This document shows, in pieces, positions 50,150-59,339 of a DNA stretch of 64,000 nucleotides (positions within the stretch are counted from its first letter, which is position 1; the number at the start of each line of letters is the position of its first letter). A program made the position numbers and the translations under genes. The DNA is from a virus, in the IMG/VR virus record IMGVR_UViG_3300042988_001700, positions 1-64,000 of that record. One strand, given 5' to 3'. The notes beneath the pieces are model-generated. The model did no database searches, was not told where the DNA came from, and saw only the letters and a program-made list of their open reading frames with translations.

Positions 50150-50771
50150 TCTGAAAAGTCATTTTCTTAAAAGCTTTTTGCTGGCTCGGTGTCATGAAAG
50201 TCTTCCGACCAAGAGCATCATACCGAACCAAGCTTTTGGTGGATAGCTTAATAGCCGTCACCCCCTTACCTGCAAGTACCGGCGTACTGGCGTATTGCTT
50301 AGCTATAGGTGTAGACTTATAGGTAATTACGGAATACCTGCCGTATATCACCTGAGTCTCCATAATTTGATACTTATACCCAAACCCCGGATTTATCCCG
50401 GAACTATTTGGCGCTGCCGAATCATACTGAACATACCCGTAAACATCGCTGCCTCGCCTAAGCATCTGGGTGATTTTATTATTTTGGAATCCCCATGATT
50501 GCATGTAAGAACTGATAACGATATTGCTCTGGGTAAAATCGGGATTATACACCTTATTGTTGTAAAAAATCCATTCCGGCTGGACCCCCAACGAGCGAAC
50601 CATATTGTCATAGGTTTGCCGGTCCTTGATAACGACATTGGTTGTCGGGAAATAGCTCCCGCTTTCGGTCATCGAGAACACGGTGGTGAACGGGACAATA
50701 CGCTGGGCATTGATAGCGAAAATCGATCCAACCAGCAAAATGAGAGTAAAAACACATAAAAACTTACGCAC
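50139..50771 (-). CDS. Secreted protein with PrcB-C-like domain and YDALGR C-terminal motif
   Basis: AGGAGG RBS; signal peptide MRKFLCVFTLILLVGSIFA; PDFTQSNIV...GYKYQI; VRYDALGRK. Confidence 0.55.
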   Translation of the reverse strand: MRKFLCVFTLILLVGSIFAINAQRIVPFTTVFSMTESGSYFPTTNVVIKDRQTYDNMVRSLGVQPEWIFYNNKVYNPDFTQSNIVISSYMQSWGFQNNKITQMLRRGSDVYGYVQYDSAAPNSSGINPGFGYKYQIMETQVIYGRYSVITYKSTPIAKQYASTPVLAGKGVTAIKLSTKSLVRYDALGRKTFMTPSQQKAFKKMTFQNVR

Positions 50772-50891
50772 TTGAACCTCCTGTAAAATTAAAGTTTATG
50801 GAAAAAATACTTAAACACGAAATGCGCCAGCACTCCCCCTAAGAATCCGGCGGAAACAATAATACCAACAAACAAACATGCAAAAAACATA

Positions 50892-51608
50892 TCACTTACC
50901 ATTGCGACGACCTCCCAAGGATGAACGCAGGCTCTCTTCGAGCCACGCACTATATTGGTCTTTTGATTCACCACCGCGCAGCAATATTCCTCTGCTACTA
51001 TTTGACATGTGAAGCGGATGGCGAACAAGCCTTTGGTGCGCCCGATCAATGACTACTACCTTCTTTTCCTTCGCCTTAATATAGGCATAAAGAACAGCAA
51101 CGTCAAAATTATCAACATCACCTTCCTGCAACCGGACAATTCCCTTACGGCCATCCTTTAATATGACGATAGTGATGGGATGTCCGGTCCGACCACTCGA
51201 CCGAATAATTTTCGATATTTTGGGAAACCGACCGATGAAATACTCGCGACTCGATTCCTCTTTGGATTTTCCGAGAGTGCTTTTTAAAGCATCCTCAACC
51301 ATCGTAGAAGTAGGATCAACTTTCATTCCGCGATACTCTTTGTATTCCGATTCAAGAACAAGCTCTTTCTTATCGCAAAACCACATGTTCTTAATAGATT
51401 TATCAACAACCGGAATTCTATTATTAGAATCCCCATAAACAAAACCGCCACAGCAATGCCCGCCAGTGAATCCATCAAACGCAACAGCAAAAGAGATATC
51501 TTCAGAAAGACTCGCATAAGCAGAATACCCAACAACAACACCACGCATACCACCATTAACACAAGTGTTTGGAACAACACAAACAACCCTATCACCAATC
51601 TTAAACAT
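50892..51608 (-). CDS. Hypothetical phage protein
   Basis: GGAGG RBS; MFKIGDRV KOW-like start. Confidence 0.6.
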   Translation of the reverse strand: MFKIGDRVVCVVPNTCVNGGMRGVVVGYSAYASLSEDISFAVAFDGFTGGHCCGGFVYGDSNNRIPVVDKSIKNMWFCDKKELVLESEYKEYRGMKVDPTSTMVEDALKSTLGKSKEESSREYFIGRFPKISKIIRSSGRTGHPITIVILKDGRKGIVRLQEGDVDNFDVAVLYAYIKAKEKKVVVIDRAHQRLVRHPLHMSNSSRGILLRGGESKDQYSAWLEESLRSSLGGRRNGK

Positions 51609-51876
51609 CTTTCCTCCCGGTTAAAATGCCTCCCCTAAAAAAACCGATAATAGAGGAGGCTAAAAATGTATTTCAAGATACCACAGAGTATTTAGGTAAA
51701 CCCGCTGGTATACCCCATATTGTAAGGCAAAACAGGCAACACCGGAACACTTACAACGCCACGCCAACGAACTGGACCCCGGAAATCCAAAAAGCGACAA
51801 TAGTCAAAATCCGGAATACAATACTCAAAATTAATACCATCAGAACCACAAAAGGCACCAGCAACCAAAAAAAATA

Positions 51877-52029
51877 TCACTTACTCGCCTTGTTAACCGT
51901 AAACCGAACAGCCTCACGAACCTCCTGCGCGTTGCTGAAACCATAACGCTCCAGCAAAATTCTCGCGCTATCCGGCGTCATGTAACACGACATAAAATTT
52001 CCCTTTTCCTCTAACGGTTCACCAGACAT
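51877..52029 (-). CDS. 50-aa hypothetical protein, possibly DNA-binding (not in ORF track)
   Basis: GGAGG RBS after the promoter at 52074-52102; MSGEPLEEKGNFMSCYMTPDSARILLERYGFSNAQEVREAVRFTVNKASK. Confidence 0.5.
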   Translation of the reverse strand: MSGEPLEEKGNFMSCYMTPDSARILLERYGFSNAQEVREAVRFTVNKASK

Positions 52030-52073
52030 AAAACCCTCCAGTTTTAATTGTTAACCACAAAAACAACAGTACA

Positions 52074-52102
52074 AATATAACTACCGCAAATTATAATGTC
52101 AA
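52074..52102 (-). promoter_or_regulatory. Sigma70-type promoter
   Basis: TTGACA-17 bp-TATATT. Confidence 0.75.
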
Positions 52103-52112
52103 TAAAAATAAA

Positions 52113-52421
52113 TTATTTATTTTCAGATATTTTCTTCAGTCGGCCAACGTATTCAGAGAAATAAATGGGATACAATGACGGCTGACAACACTCCATATCG
52201 CTAACAACACAATCGATTTCAGAGCCATAAACATGCTTCTGATATGCGCACCCATGAAGGAACATATTGAAAGCATCGTTTGTCTTTCCATCATTATACC
52301 AACCATACCCAGCGGGAATATGTTCGCGCTCCCGAATAGTCGGCTTTTCGAACCGCATCCCGGCAGCGACCTTTTCAAACATCGCCATTGCTTCATCGAA
52401 TTCTTTTGAATATGCTTTCAC
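52113..52421 (-). CDS. Hypothetical phage protein
   Basis: GGGAG RBS; YNDGKTNDAFNMFLHG. Confidence 0.55.
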   Translation of the reverse strand: MKAYSKEFDEAMAMFEKVAAGMRFEKPTIREREHIPAGYGWYNDGKTNDAFNMFLHGCAYQKHVYGSEIDCVVSDMECCQPSLYPIYFSEYVGRLKKISENK

Positions 52422-52423
52422 AA

Positions 52424-52762
52424 TTAAAACTCCCCCCTATAAATGCGAGATTCAAATCGCGCTCTTATCCTTGGCGGAAGATCATGCTCACGGACGATAA
52501 AATTTCCGTTAAGCAATATTTGGGCGCGTCGATACCAAGTCAAATCCCTTAACTCTCGAATAACCAACCCTCCGCGTTTATTGATTTTGTCGTTGATTAT
52601 CTCCAAATATTCTTGACGAATCTTTTCACCATTAGCAGGCCACCATCCCTTAATCGATCTGGAAAACATCAATTCAGGATTGTCCTTTGCCTTCTGAATC
52701 GCCTTGATAAAATCAGGTATCGACATACGAAACCCGTCCATTGTTAGCGCAATCGTTTTCAT
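52424..52762 (-). CDS. Hypothetical protein
   Basis: AGGAG RBS. Confidence 0.55.
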   Translation of the reverse strand: MKTIALTMDGFRMSIPDFIKAIQKAKDNPELMFSRSIKGWWPANGEKIRQEYLEIINDKINKRGGLVIRELRDLTWYRRAQILLNGNFIVREHDLPPRIRARFESRIYRGEF

Positions 52763-52797
52763 ATTACTCCTATAGGGGATTTCTCCCCCGGTTGGTG

Positions 52798-52986
52798 TTA
52801 GTCTATCTCTGGATCGTATGCGCCTTCATTGGCAAGAGCAATACTCTCCTCCTGGTCGGCGACCGAATTGCTTCTACAATGGTCAGGAGTGTTGCCGATA
52901 TCACACCCATGGTTTTCACAGAAAAAAGCGCACGCGCTATTGACACTACGACTGCCATTAACCGTCTTGCAATATTCGTTACCCAT
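52798..52986 (-). CDS. Small Cys-rich hypothetical protein
   Basis: AAGGAG RBS; first gene after the leftward promoter. Confidence 0.5.
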   Translation of the reverse strand: MGNEYCKTVNGSRSVNSACAFFCENHGCDIGNTPDHCRSNSVADQEESIALANEGAYDPEID

Positions 52987-53027
52987 ACTAACTCCTTAAA
53001 AATTGTTAAAAACTAATCGCGTCAATA

Positions 53028-53056
53028 AATATAACCATTCCTATTTATAATGTCAA
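53028..53056 (-). promoter_or_regulatory. Leftward sigma70-type promoter
   Basis: TTGACA-17 bp-TATATT. Confidence 0.75.
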
Positions 53057-53099
53057 TAGCAAATCACAAAAAATATTTTATTTATTTTAGGAAAATGTA

Positions 53100-53128
53100 T
53101 TGACAGTATTAAAATAAGTAGTTATATT
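53100..53128 (+). promoter_or_regulatory. Rightward sigma70-type promoter of the divergent operon
   Basis: TTGACA-17 bp-TATATT. Confidence 0.8.
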
Positions 53129-53170
53129 ATATGACAAGTTAAGGTTATAAACAACAATCAAGGAGATAGT

Positions 53171-53380
53171 ATGACGCCACCAGTAATCAAAAGAAACAGA
53201 AAGTCTATCGATGTCAAGTTAAGGGTAATAGCGCGATATGCAAGCGGCGATTTCGCAGAAAGCGACATGGATGTTCGCGTTCCAATTGCTCTTCTTGGTG
53301 AAAATATGATTGAATCTGCGATTGCCTTGGCTAAGAAGCATACCGAAAAAAAACTTATTAACTTTGTCCGTTTCGCATAA
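53171..53380 (+). CDS. Hypothetical protein
   Basis: AAGGAG RBS downstream of the promoter. Confidence 0.6.
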   Translation: MTPPVIKRNRKSIDVKLRVIARYASGDFAESDMDVRVPIALLGENMIESAIALAKKHTEKKLINFVRFA

Positions 53381-53389
53381 GGAGTAATC

Positions 53390-53599
53390 ATGGCAACAGA
53401 ATCCGTCGGTGTTAGTGGTTGTGTTAGTGAATACACGAAGGTAGAACGTATTGCGGAAATTGACCGGGTGATATATGAAGTCAGAAGAATGATCGTTGAC
53501 GAAGAATATTATCCTTCCGACCTTAGAAACTATCCTATTCTTACTAAATTAAATACTTATTTAGAAAAACTTAACGCTATGAAAAAGGAGCTTGCATGA
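53390..53599 (+). CDS. Hypothetical protein
   Basis: TAAGGAG RBS. Confidence 0.6.
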   Translation: MATESVGVSGCVSEYTKVERIAEIDRVIYEVRRMIVDEEYYPSDLRNYPILTKLNTYLEKLNAMKKELA

Positions 53600-53934
53600 A
53601 CACCAACGAACCAATTTTAACTGAAGAGAAGATTGACTTTGTTGACCCATTCACCATCTACGGAATTGACGAAAAAAGCAACCCCAAGAAAATAAAGTAT
53701 AGCGAACTGATATTAATCGAAGACGGTCTTCTCGCTCGCACGGAAAAATCGGGAAGCGAAGGATGGTATGTCGAAGTAGCCCGGTGGAACGAAACAAATC
53801 AATCGTATCAAAGATTCTGCTTCTTGAAGCTTTTCGATCAATCCGACGCCGACGAAATAACTAATGCTATAAACTATCAGTTCCGCAGCGACCTTTGCGC
53901 CCTAATACACTCTTTACAGAATTATGGGGAATAA
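53596..53934 (+). CDS. Hypothetical protein
   Basis: AAGGAG RBS, ATGA overlap. Confidence 0.6.
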   Translation: MNTNEPILTEEKIDFVDPFTIYGIDEKSNPKKIKYSELILIEDGLLARTEKSGSEGWYVEVARWNETNQSYQRFCFLKLFDQSDADEITNAINYQFRSDLCALIHSLQNYGE

Positions 53935-53938
53935 CACC

Positions 53939-54133
53939 ATGGCCAAGAAAAAGTCTCCTACGGTCATTCTAACGCCTTCAGACGTAACATTGGAAATGTG
54001 CAAGAAGTCTGCCTTTGGATGCCGTAATTGTCTCTGGAATAGCTGCGAATGTACTTTGGGATCAAATTTCGTTCCCGAAGTAGCGTTCAATGGCAAATAC
54101 GCAACCTGCAAATCATACGCATACTACAATTAA
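53939..54133 (+). CDS. Small Cys-rich protein
   Basis: MAKKK start; CRNCLWNSCEC. Confidence 0.5.
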   Translation: MAKKKSPTVILTPSDVTLEMCKKSAFGCRNCLWNSCECTLGSNFVPEVAFNGKYATCKSYAYYN

Positions 54134-54144
54134 AGGAGGGTGAC

Positions 54145-54345
54145 GTGATCAAAAAGGAAAAAGCTATCCTGTGCGCTGCTTTAGCAATGGCGGAGCCGGT
54201 TGAGGACCCGGCAACCATCCAAGCGCACAAAGCATGGTCGAATACAGTCTACAACCTATTGATACGCAAGATAATCAAAGATGAAGACATGGAAAAAACA
54301 AGGTTTCATTATTATGCTACTCACCGTTTCCCGGAAGGATTCTAA
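54145..54345 (+). CDS. Hypothetical protein
   Basis: AAGGAGG RBS then GTG. Confidence 0.5.
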   Translation: MIKKEKAILCAALAMAEPVEDPATIQAHKAWSNTVYNLLIRKIIKDEDMEKTRFHYYATHRFPEGF

Positions 54346-54346
54346 A

Positions 54347-54667
54347 ATGGAAAACAGGACCGACCCTATTCAGATGTCAAACGAAGAAGAAGATCGCTAT
54401 CTCGACCTCGTTGTTAAGGCAACCGTTAAAAAGCCAAAAACCATGGCTCAACTCAAAGCAGAAAACCATGGATTTATCAAAAACGATGCTGACCTGGCTG
54501 CCATCGTCGCAATCAATCGCTTTCAGCAGATCCTTGTACGGTGCGGCAATGGCCGTTTCTTATGCCCGGCGCAGGACGTTAAAATTTTCACTGATATCAT
54601 AGACAAAAGCGAAGACAATTATGTGCGGGACATATCGTTCCCGGCAGTAGATTGTGGTGGAAAATAA
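54347..54667 (+). CDS. Hypothetical protein
   Basis: MENRTD start after AAGGA. Confidence 0.55.
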   Translation: MENRTDPIQMSNEEEDRYLDLVVKATVKKPKTMAQLKAENHGFIKNDADLAAIVAINRFQQILVRCGNGRFLCPAQDVKIFTDIIDKSEDNYVRDISFPAVDCGGK

Positions 54668-54882
54668 TGAGTTTTCCCGAACACTGGCTCCAGCTCATAA
54701 AGGAGTCTGGAATTCCACTGCAAACGATCAGCCTTCAAATGGGGTGGAGGAAACAAAGACTCCACCAATTGGTAAAACCCAATCGAACGTATAGATTGCG
54801 TGAGGGTGAGTATAAAAAACTATTGCCATACATAACTCAATTGGAGGAAGAAAGTGACAAAAAAAAACCTACTCCTGATTAA
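54667..54882 (+). CDS. Small helix-turn-helix protein (Cro/XRE-like)
   Basis: IKESGIPLQTISLQMGWRKQRLHQLV. Confidence 0.55.
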   Translation: MSFPEHWLQLIKESGIPLQTISLQMGWRKQRLHQLVKPNRTYRLREGEYKKLLPYITQLEEESDKKKPTPD

Positions 54883-55345
54883 TGTTGTCGAATGTATCGC
54901 CGAAGACATTCCCACTTGCCCTTACATCAGGACAATAGAAATTGCTCAGCGCCACATAGATGAAATGATAGAAAAAATCAAAAAGGAAATTAAATTATAA
55001 TGTGTTATGGACTTGGTTGTAAATGGGAAATCAAAGGAGTCGGGGAGCATGCCGGTGAATGCAGAAAACCAAGAAACGAAGAATGCCCAGAAAAAGAATC
55101 GGATGGCGACCGCCAACAAGAACCCGAATAGTTAGCCTGCCTAACGGGTATCTTGTGGCGATCACCACATTTTACCCTTTTTTATCTATTAAAAAACAAT
55201 CCGCATGTAGCCATTACCATACCAACGCCAAAACCAATCATGTGCGAAGCAGCTACGCTGTTTCTTGAAATACATCTACCAATTATTGATATACCCATAA
55301 CAGATGCCACAAAAACACCAACAATCTGAATAATTGGAACAATCA

Positions 55346-55792
55346 TCATGCACCCTCCTTTAAAATTTGACTTCTTGCACCACGGCACGCCATTCCGTTC
55401 CACATAGACGGCCCCTTACACAAAAACCGCAATGAGCATGTGTTACAAGTAAAAGCGCTATCAGGAGAAACGGCAGTTTTATCGTTCTGAACCGCCACCA
55501 CGGCTCTATTTTCAAACGACCTGTTTATTGCATTGCTTAAGTCTTCCATGGCCTTCAATGCGGTTTCCCTTGCGCTATCTATCTCGTCGGAGGGGGTGAG
55601 GCATTCTCGTATTGCTTCGTGTTCTGAACCAGAAGAAGAATCACCATCCAAAACCTTTTGAATCATCCGCAAGGCATCGGCAACCAAAACAAGATGGTCA
55701 GCAAAAGCAATATGCAAAGAATCGTTTGAAGATTGCCTCAACACTTCGGCAGCATCGATAACTCTGGTATGAACGTAATTTAAACCCATCAT
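55346..55792 (-). CDS. Hypothetical protein
   Basis: GAGG RBS; helical with a Cys-containing tail. Confidence 0.55.
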   Translation of the reverse strand: MMGLNYVHTRVIDAAEVLRQSSNDSLHIAFADHLVLVADALRMIQKVLDGDSSSGSEHEAIRECLTPSDEIDSARETALKAMEDLSNAINRSFENRAVVAVQNDKTAVSPDSAFTCNTCSLRFLCKGPSMWNGMACRGARSQILKEGA

Positions 55793-55816
55793 ACATTAAC
55801 CCTCGTAATACTTTCT

Positions 55817-56617
55817 TTACGATAATAAGTATCCACCCCACTGGCGAGCCATCTCCCTGGCTATGCCACTATACGTTTTTGCTCGCAAAGCAGCCCGCTC
55901 TTTGCTTGGACCCAACTTATTCTGGCCAGATGGCGTTTGATTGCTCCAGACTGGTTTCCCCAAGAAAGTATCCTTGCAAGCGAATTCGTATCCATTCACA
56001 GTAACGATTCGTATTCCTTCTTCGTGAGGACCAACGCATTCACAATCCGAATAGTGTTCACCATGCTCAGAGCACCATGGCTCGTCACAGCATGGACACA
56101 ACGGAAGATCGGAAGCATAAACAACCGGCTTAAAATTTTTTGGAGGAATTATTACTGTATGCTCTAACTTCGGAAACCCTTTAAGCCACAAGCATGTTTG
56201 TTTACTGGCATCGTCGCCAAAAAACCACGGCTGAACAATCTGGTCTGGCTTGCGGATCGATTTACTTAAAGCGCCAATTGGATTCTCTATTGCAATATGA
56301 CCACAATTGGCATCCCATATAGAAAAAACAAATTCCTTTGCCTGCTCAGTAAGACGCGGATCGCGCAACCCTCTCGTTGTCCAGTGCATACCACTCGAAC
56401 AAAGATAGGTGCACGGAGGAAAAGCTATTATAGCATCCCAATGATATTCATCTAATATTGGCAAAACATCATCCTGAAAATGCCATTCCGCATGCTCCCC
56501 GCTTGTAGGAAGAATATCGCACGAATACGCCGTAAAACCAAGCTTACGGAATTCACTGCATACCACCTGAGATTCTTCGCACGCGATTAAAACATTAAAA
56601 TCTTTTGCGCATTTCAT
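55817..56617 (-). CDS. DNA cytosine-5 methyltransferase-like protein with Cys/His-rich insertion
   Basis: VLIACEESQ, SCDI, AFPPCTYL (PC motif), IENPIG (ENV-like), KQTCLW. Confidence 0.75.
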   Translation of the reverse strand: MKCAKDFNVLIACEESQVVCSEFRKLGFTAYSCDILPTSGEHAEWHFQDDVLPILDEYHWDAIIAFPPCTYLCSSGMHWTTRGLRDPRLTEQAKEFVFSIWDANCGHIAIENPIGALSKSIRKPDQIVQPWFFGDDASKQTCLWLKGFPKLEHTVIIPPKNFKPVVYASDLPLCPCCDEPWCSEHGEHYSDCECVGPHEEGIRIVTVNGYEFACKDTFLGKPVWSNQTPSGQNKLGPSKERAALRAKTYSGIAREMARQWGGYLLS

Positions 56618-56625
56618 AAAAACAC

Positions 56626-57063
56626 CTAATTACCATTTATTGTTTTAGCATGACCCAAAATACTTTTTATGTCACACTTAATACTATCAGGACTAAGCGC
56701 CCTCGTCCAACCACAAGCAATAGCAACGATGTCTTCGGGAAGCTTTTCTAATTCACCACTATTTGTCGCAGAATTAATTATCTTCGGCAAGACAATTATT
56801 GCTACAGCCTCTTTTGTTGTTGGAATCATCATTGAAGAACCAATACATAAAAAACAGAAAATAGCAGAAATAATAGACCACCGCGCAATCGAATGTTTAA
56901 TTTTAGTTTTTTCAGTATCAGGCAAATCGCATTCATTTTCGAATACCGTCATAATAAAAATCCAAGTAGCAATATTTACCATTATGACAGTTACACCAAT
57001 ACCCCTTACAAGCCCAATCATAGCATCTAACTTAAGCAAAAAATAAATATCTAAAGCACTCAT
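56626..57063 (-). CDS. Membrane protein
   Basis: Two hydrophobic segments; IPTTKEAVAIIVLP. Confidence 0.6.
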   Translation of the reverse strand: MSALDIYFLLKLDAMIGLVRGIGVTVIMVNIATWIFIMTVFENECDLPDTEKTKIKHSIARWSIISAIFCFLCIGSSMMIPTTKEAVAIIVLPKIINSATNSGELEKLPEDIVAIACGWTRALSPDSIKCDIKSILGHAKTINGN

Positions 57064-57086
57064 ATTTTAACAACCCCTTGTTTTAA

Positions 57087-57332
57087 TTAAAATATTACAT
57101 ATTGCCCGGTTTTTGCCATCACATATCGAACGAAAGAGCGAACATGAGCACATTCCAATTTATCTCCAGAATGCGCAACCTCCCATTCTTTATAAATCTT
57201 TTCCATATCAATACGAGAATCGCTTGTCTCTTTGACATAATCACGGATCTCTTGTAACGCCTCGCGATACGAAACCCCCACATGTTGATCAACCAGACTT
57301 TGCAAAGCAGCTTGAGCTATCGCTATACCCAC
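57087..57332 (-). CDS. Hypothetical protein
   Basis: GGAGG RBS. Confidence 0.55.
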   Translation of the reverse strand: MGIAIAQAALQSLVDQHVGVSYREALQEIRDYVKETSDSRIDMEKIYKEWEVAHSGDKLECAHVRSFVRYVMAKTGQYVIF

Positions 57333-57361
57333 ATTAACCTCCGTATAAAAATTGAATTACT

Positions 57362-57476
57362 AAACTTTGTTGGTGCGCCCTTTTGAACGGCTTTTAAGCA
57401 CCGTCTACTATTTATGGACCCGTTAACTCCCGGCCCACGGGCCAAGTGGCGGGATTAGAGCACACCAACGAAATTT
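57362..57476 (-). ncRNA. Putative structured non-coding element, copy A
   Basis: Long closing inverted repeat (AAATTTCGTTGGTGTGCTC / GGGCGCACCAACAAAGTTT) enclosing CCACTTG-hairpin-AGTTAACGGGTCC, which is also found at 60120-60167. Confidence 0.5.
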
Positions 57477-57494
57477 AACACCAGCAAAATCTAT

Positions 57495-57567
57495 AGTCCC
57501 CCACCGGAATCGAACCGGCCCGTCACGGAAGTACTACCTCCGATTCCATCACCAGAATGTGAAGGAC
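57495..57567 (-). tRNA. tRNA-like element (73 nt, apparent anticodon AGT; atypical or pseudo)
   Basis: Acceptor GTCCTTC/GGGGGAC, T-arm GCCGG-TTCGATT-CCGGT, D stem ATTC/GAAT, anticodon arm CGGAG-GTAGTAC-TTCCG; lacks U8 and encoded CCA. Confidence 0.5.
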
Positions 57568-57689
57568 ACACATTGACACCTTGTGTGGTGCGGAACACGC
57601 TACAGAAGAGCCTTTGACCATCCACCACCAAAGGAATCAGAGCATCGGCAGTTGGAGTCAACCGTTTCCGCACCATACAAGGCACCAAA

Positions 57690-57902
57690 CTATTCAAAAC
57701 AAACACTGTTAAATCCATTTTCACAATTAACACCTTCAAGCCAATACCGCGTGTGCCAATTGTGGATCTCAACGCGCTCAATAGTGTATTGAGATCCAAC
57801 CTCCAAAACACCACGCGGATCTGAAACGCTGCTAACCTTTGCCTGTTCGTCGCTGCAACCAGTATAAGTTACAACGCTTCCGCTATCCTTAATTCCTCCC
57901 AT
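57690..57902 (-). CDS. Hypothetical phage protein
   Basis: GGAGG RBS; LEVGSQYTI...FNSVCFE. Confidence 0.6.
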   Translation of the reverse strand: MGGIKDSGSVVTYTGCSDEQAKVSSVSDPRGVLEVGSQYTIERVEIHNWHTRYWLEGVNCENGFNSVCFE

Positions 57903-58000
57903 AATCCCTCCAGATTAAATTTACGCTGCCGGAAAAGTGTCTTGTGGTGCGCCAGTCTACTTTTCCCCCGCGCACAGGATATTTAAGCAGCAACAATACA

Positions 58001-58029
58001 AATATAACTTGTGCCAATTATAATTGCAA
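58001..58029 (-). promoter_or_regulatory. Sigma70-type promoter
   Basis: TTGCAA-17 bp-TATATT with the same GTTATATT -10 context as the other promoters. Confidence 0.55.
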
Positions 58030-58314
58030 CTTAGTTATGGGAGTATCTTCAAAAACATGATACACGAAATTTCCATTATCCATCTGTATTGTTCCAACGT
58101 ATTCACCTTCCATTCTTTCTCGGGATTCTCCAGTAACGTAAATCGTAAACGTGCGCTCCTGCTTAATAACTGAATCGGTGTCTGGGACTAAAAACCATAT
58201 AGCAGCTCTTTCTTTTTGGTTTTGGACACATAATATTTTTGATCCAATCGGAACAAATATAAAGTTCTTTTCGGGATGGTCTAAATAAAACTTATAAATT
58301 GATTTCATGAGCAC
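58018..58314 (-). CDS. Conserved-looking small phage protein
   Basis: MKSIYKF...ILCVQNQ...YVGTIQ...VYHVFE; AGGAGAG RBS. Confidence 0.65.
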   Translation of the reverse strand: MLMKSIYKFYLDHPEKNFIFVPIGSKILCVQNQKERAAIWFLVPDTDSVIKQERTFTIYVTGESRERMEGEYVGTIQMDNGNFVYHVFEDTPITKLQL

Positions 58315-58319
58315 TCTCC

Positions 58320-58781
58320 TTAGTGTGGTATTTTGTGGGTTGGAGGAAAATACACGATGTCCATATTAAATTCACGTTCTGACATAACGTCTATTGTTAT
58401 ACTAACCCCTTTTGACAAAGCATATTCTTTTACTTCATCCGGAATTACACTTTCCTTTGGAAGCAGCAATGTACTTCCTTCTAAAGGCAAGCGTTTCGTT
58501 TCGTAAAACTCTACTAAATCATCGATGTATTGTTTGTTTATTAACATTAAGCAACCTATTTTATTTTTTGACTTTTCTATACATTGGATAGTACGCTGTT
58601 TTATTCCAACGTTTTCCAACCGAAACAGTATTTCCAATAACTTTAAAAGAATCCTCTCTTGCAACATAATCGTCGGGAAGAATAACATCCCCCTTGCGTA
58701 ACGCAATATAGGTTGGGTCTTCGGGATATGAAATCTTCCTTTCGCGGATTCCTTCAACCACAGGCAGCACAGCATCTCCAC
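58320..58781 (-). CDS. Hypothetical protein (true start probably MLINK, after the end of 58561..58860)
   Basis: The N-terminal part overlaps 58561..58860; the C-terminal part fills the gap. Confidence 0.4.
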   Translation of the reverse strand: MEMLCCLWLKESAKGRFHIPKTQPILRYARGMLFFPTIMLQERILLKLLEILFRLENVGIKQRTIQCIEKSKNKIGCLMLINKQYIDDLVEFYETKRLPLEGSTLLLPKESVIPDEVKEYALSKGVSITIDVMSEREFNMDIVYFPPTHKIPH

Positions 58782-58860
58782 CGCCAGCGACCAAACCAGC
58801 CATATGAAATTGGCGCAACTCTATATCACTAATAGCAAACCATTCCATTTTACTCTCCAT
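58561..58860 (-). CDS. Hypothetical protein
   Basis: GGAG RBS. Confidence 0.5.
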   Translation of the reverse strand: MESKMEWFAISDIELRQFHMAGLVAGGGDAVLPVVEGIRERKISYPEDPTYIALRKGDVILPDDYVAREDSFKVIGNTVSVGKRWNKTAYYPMYRKVKK

Positions 58861-58871
58861 TCTCCATTTAC

Positions 58872-59336
58872 CTACAATTTAATACCCTTCGAACTACACA
58901 GGTCAGTAGGGTCAAGGCACAGACCAGATTCGGTTGCGCTACGATAACGGCAAATTGCATCAGGACAACCGCAAGTTCTATCTACAACTACTTGGCTTCT
59001 CGATGAATCGCAAGTTATCTCTTTGCCGATCTGTTTAATCCACCCACGTACCTGGCGAGCATCACGGCCATTTCCGGCACGATCGCACCCTTTTGAAAAA
59101 GCCTCCATATCTTCAAGCATTTTTTGTATTTTTGTGGCTGGTGCCGGAACAGAAATTCCTTTCGGCTTAGATTCCTTCTGACCATTGACCCACACCTGCA
59201 ATAATTCGATAATGGCATTAGCGTCGTTAGTGGACTCTATATTAACGGCGGTCCACTGATACCCGTTGTGGGTGATACGAAGACACCAATCGCCATACCT
59301 ATCACATTCCATTTCACACCTAAACTTGTTCGACAT
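58872..59336 (-). CDS. Hypothetical protein with Cys-rich tail
   Basis: Operon packing. Confidence 0.5.
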   Translation of the reverse strand: MSNKFRCEMECDRYGDWCLRITHNGYQWTAVNIESTNDANAIIELLQVWVNGQKESKPKGISVPAPATKIQKMLEDMEAFSKGCDRAGNGRDARQVRGWIKQIGKEITCDSSRSQVVVDRTCGCPDAICRYRSATESGLCLDPTDLCSSKGIKL

Positions 59337-59339
59337 ACA

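Noticed and set aside
53028-54882. Lysogeny switch or prophage boundary
   Set aside because: Divergent promoters and one small HTH gene are present, but there is no integrase, CI-like repressor or host gene in the window, so lifestyle cannot be called.
55346-55510. Further attC-like site at the end of 55346..55792
   Set aside because: The peptide resembles the cassette tails (AVVAVQN...CNTC), but no paired AAC/GTT boxes were found.
57362-57494. Theta/HDV-like or twister ribozyme after the tRNA-like element
   Set aside because: I could not build the nested pseudoknot or find the conserved cores by eye; left as an unknown motif.
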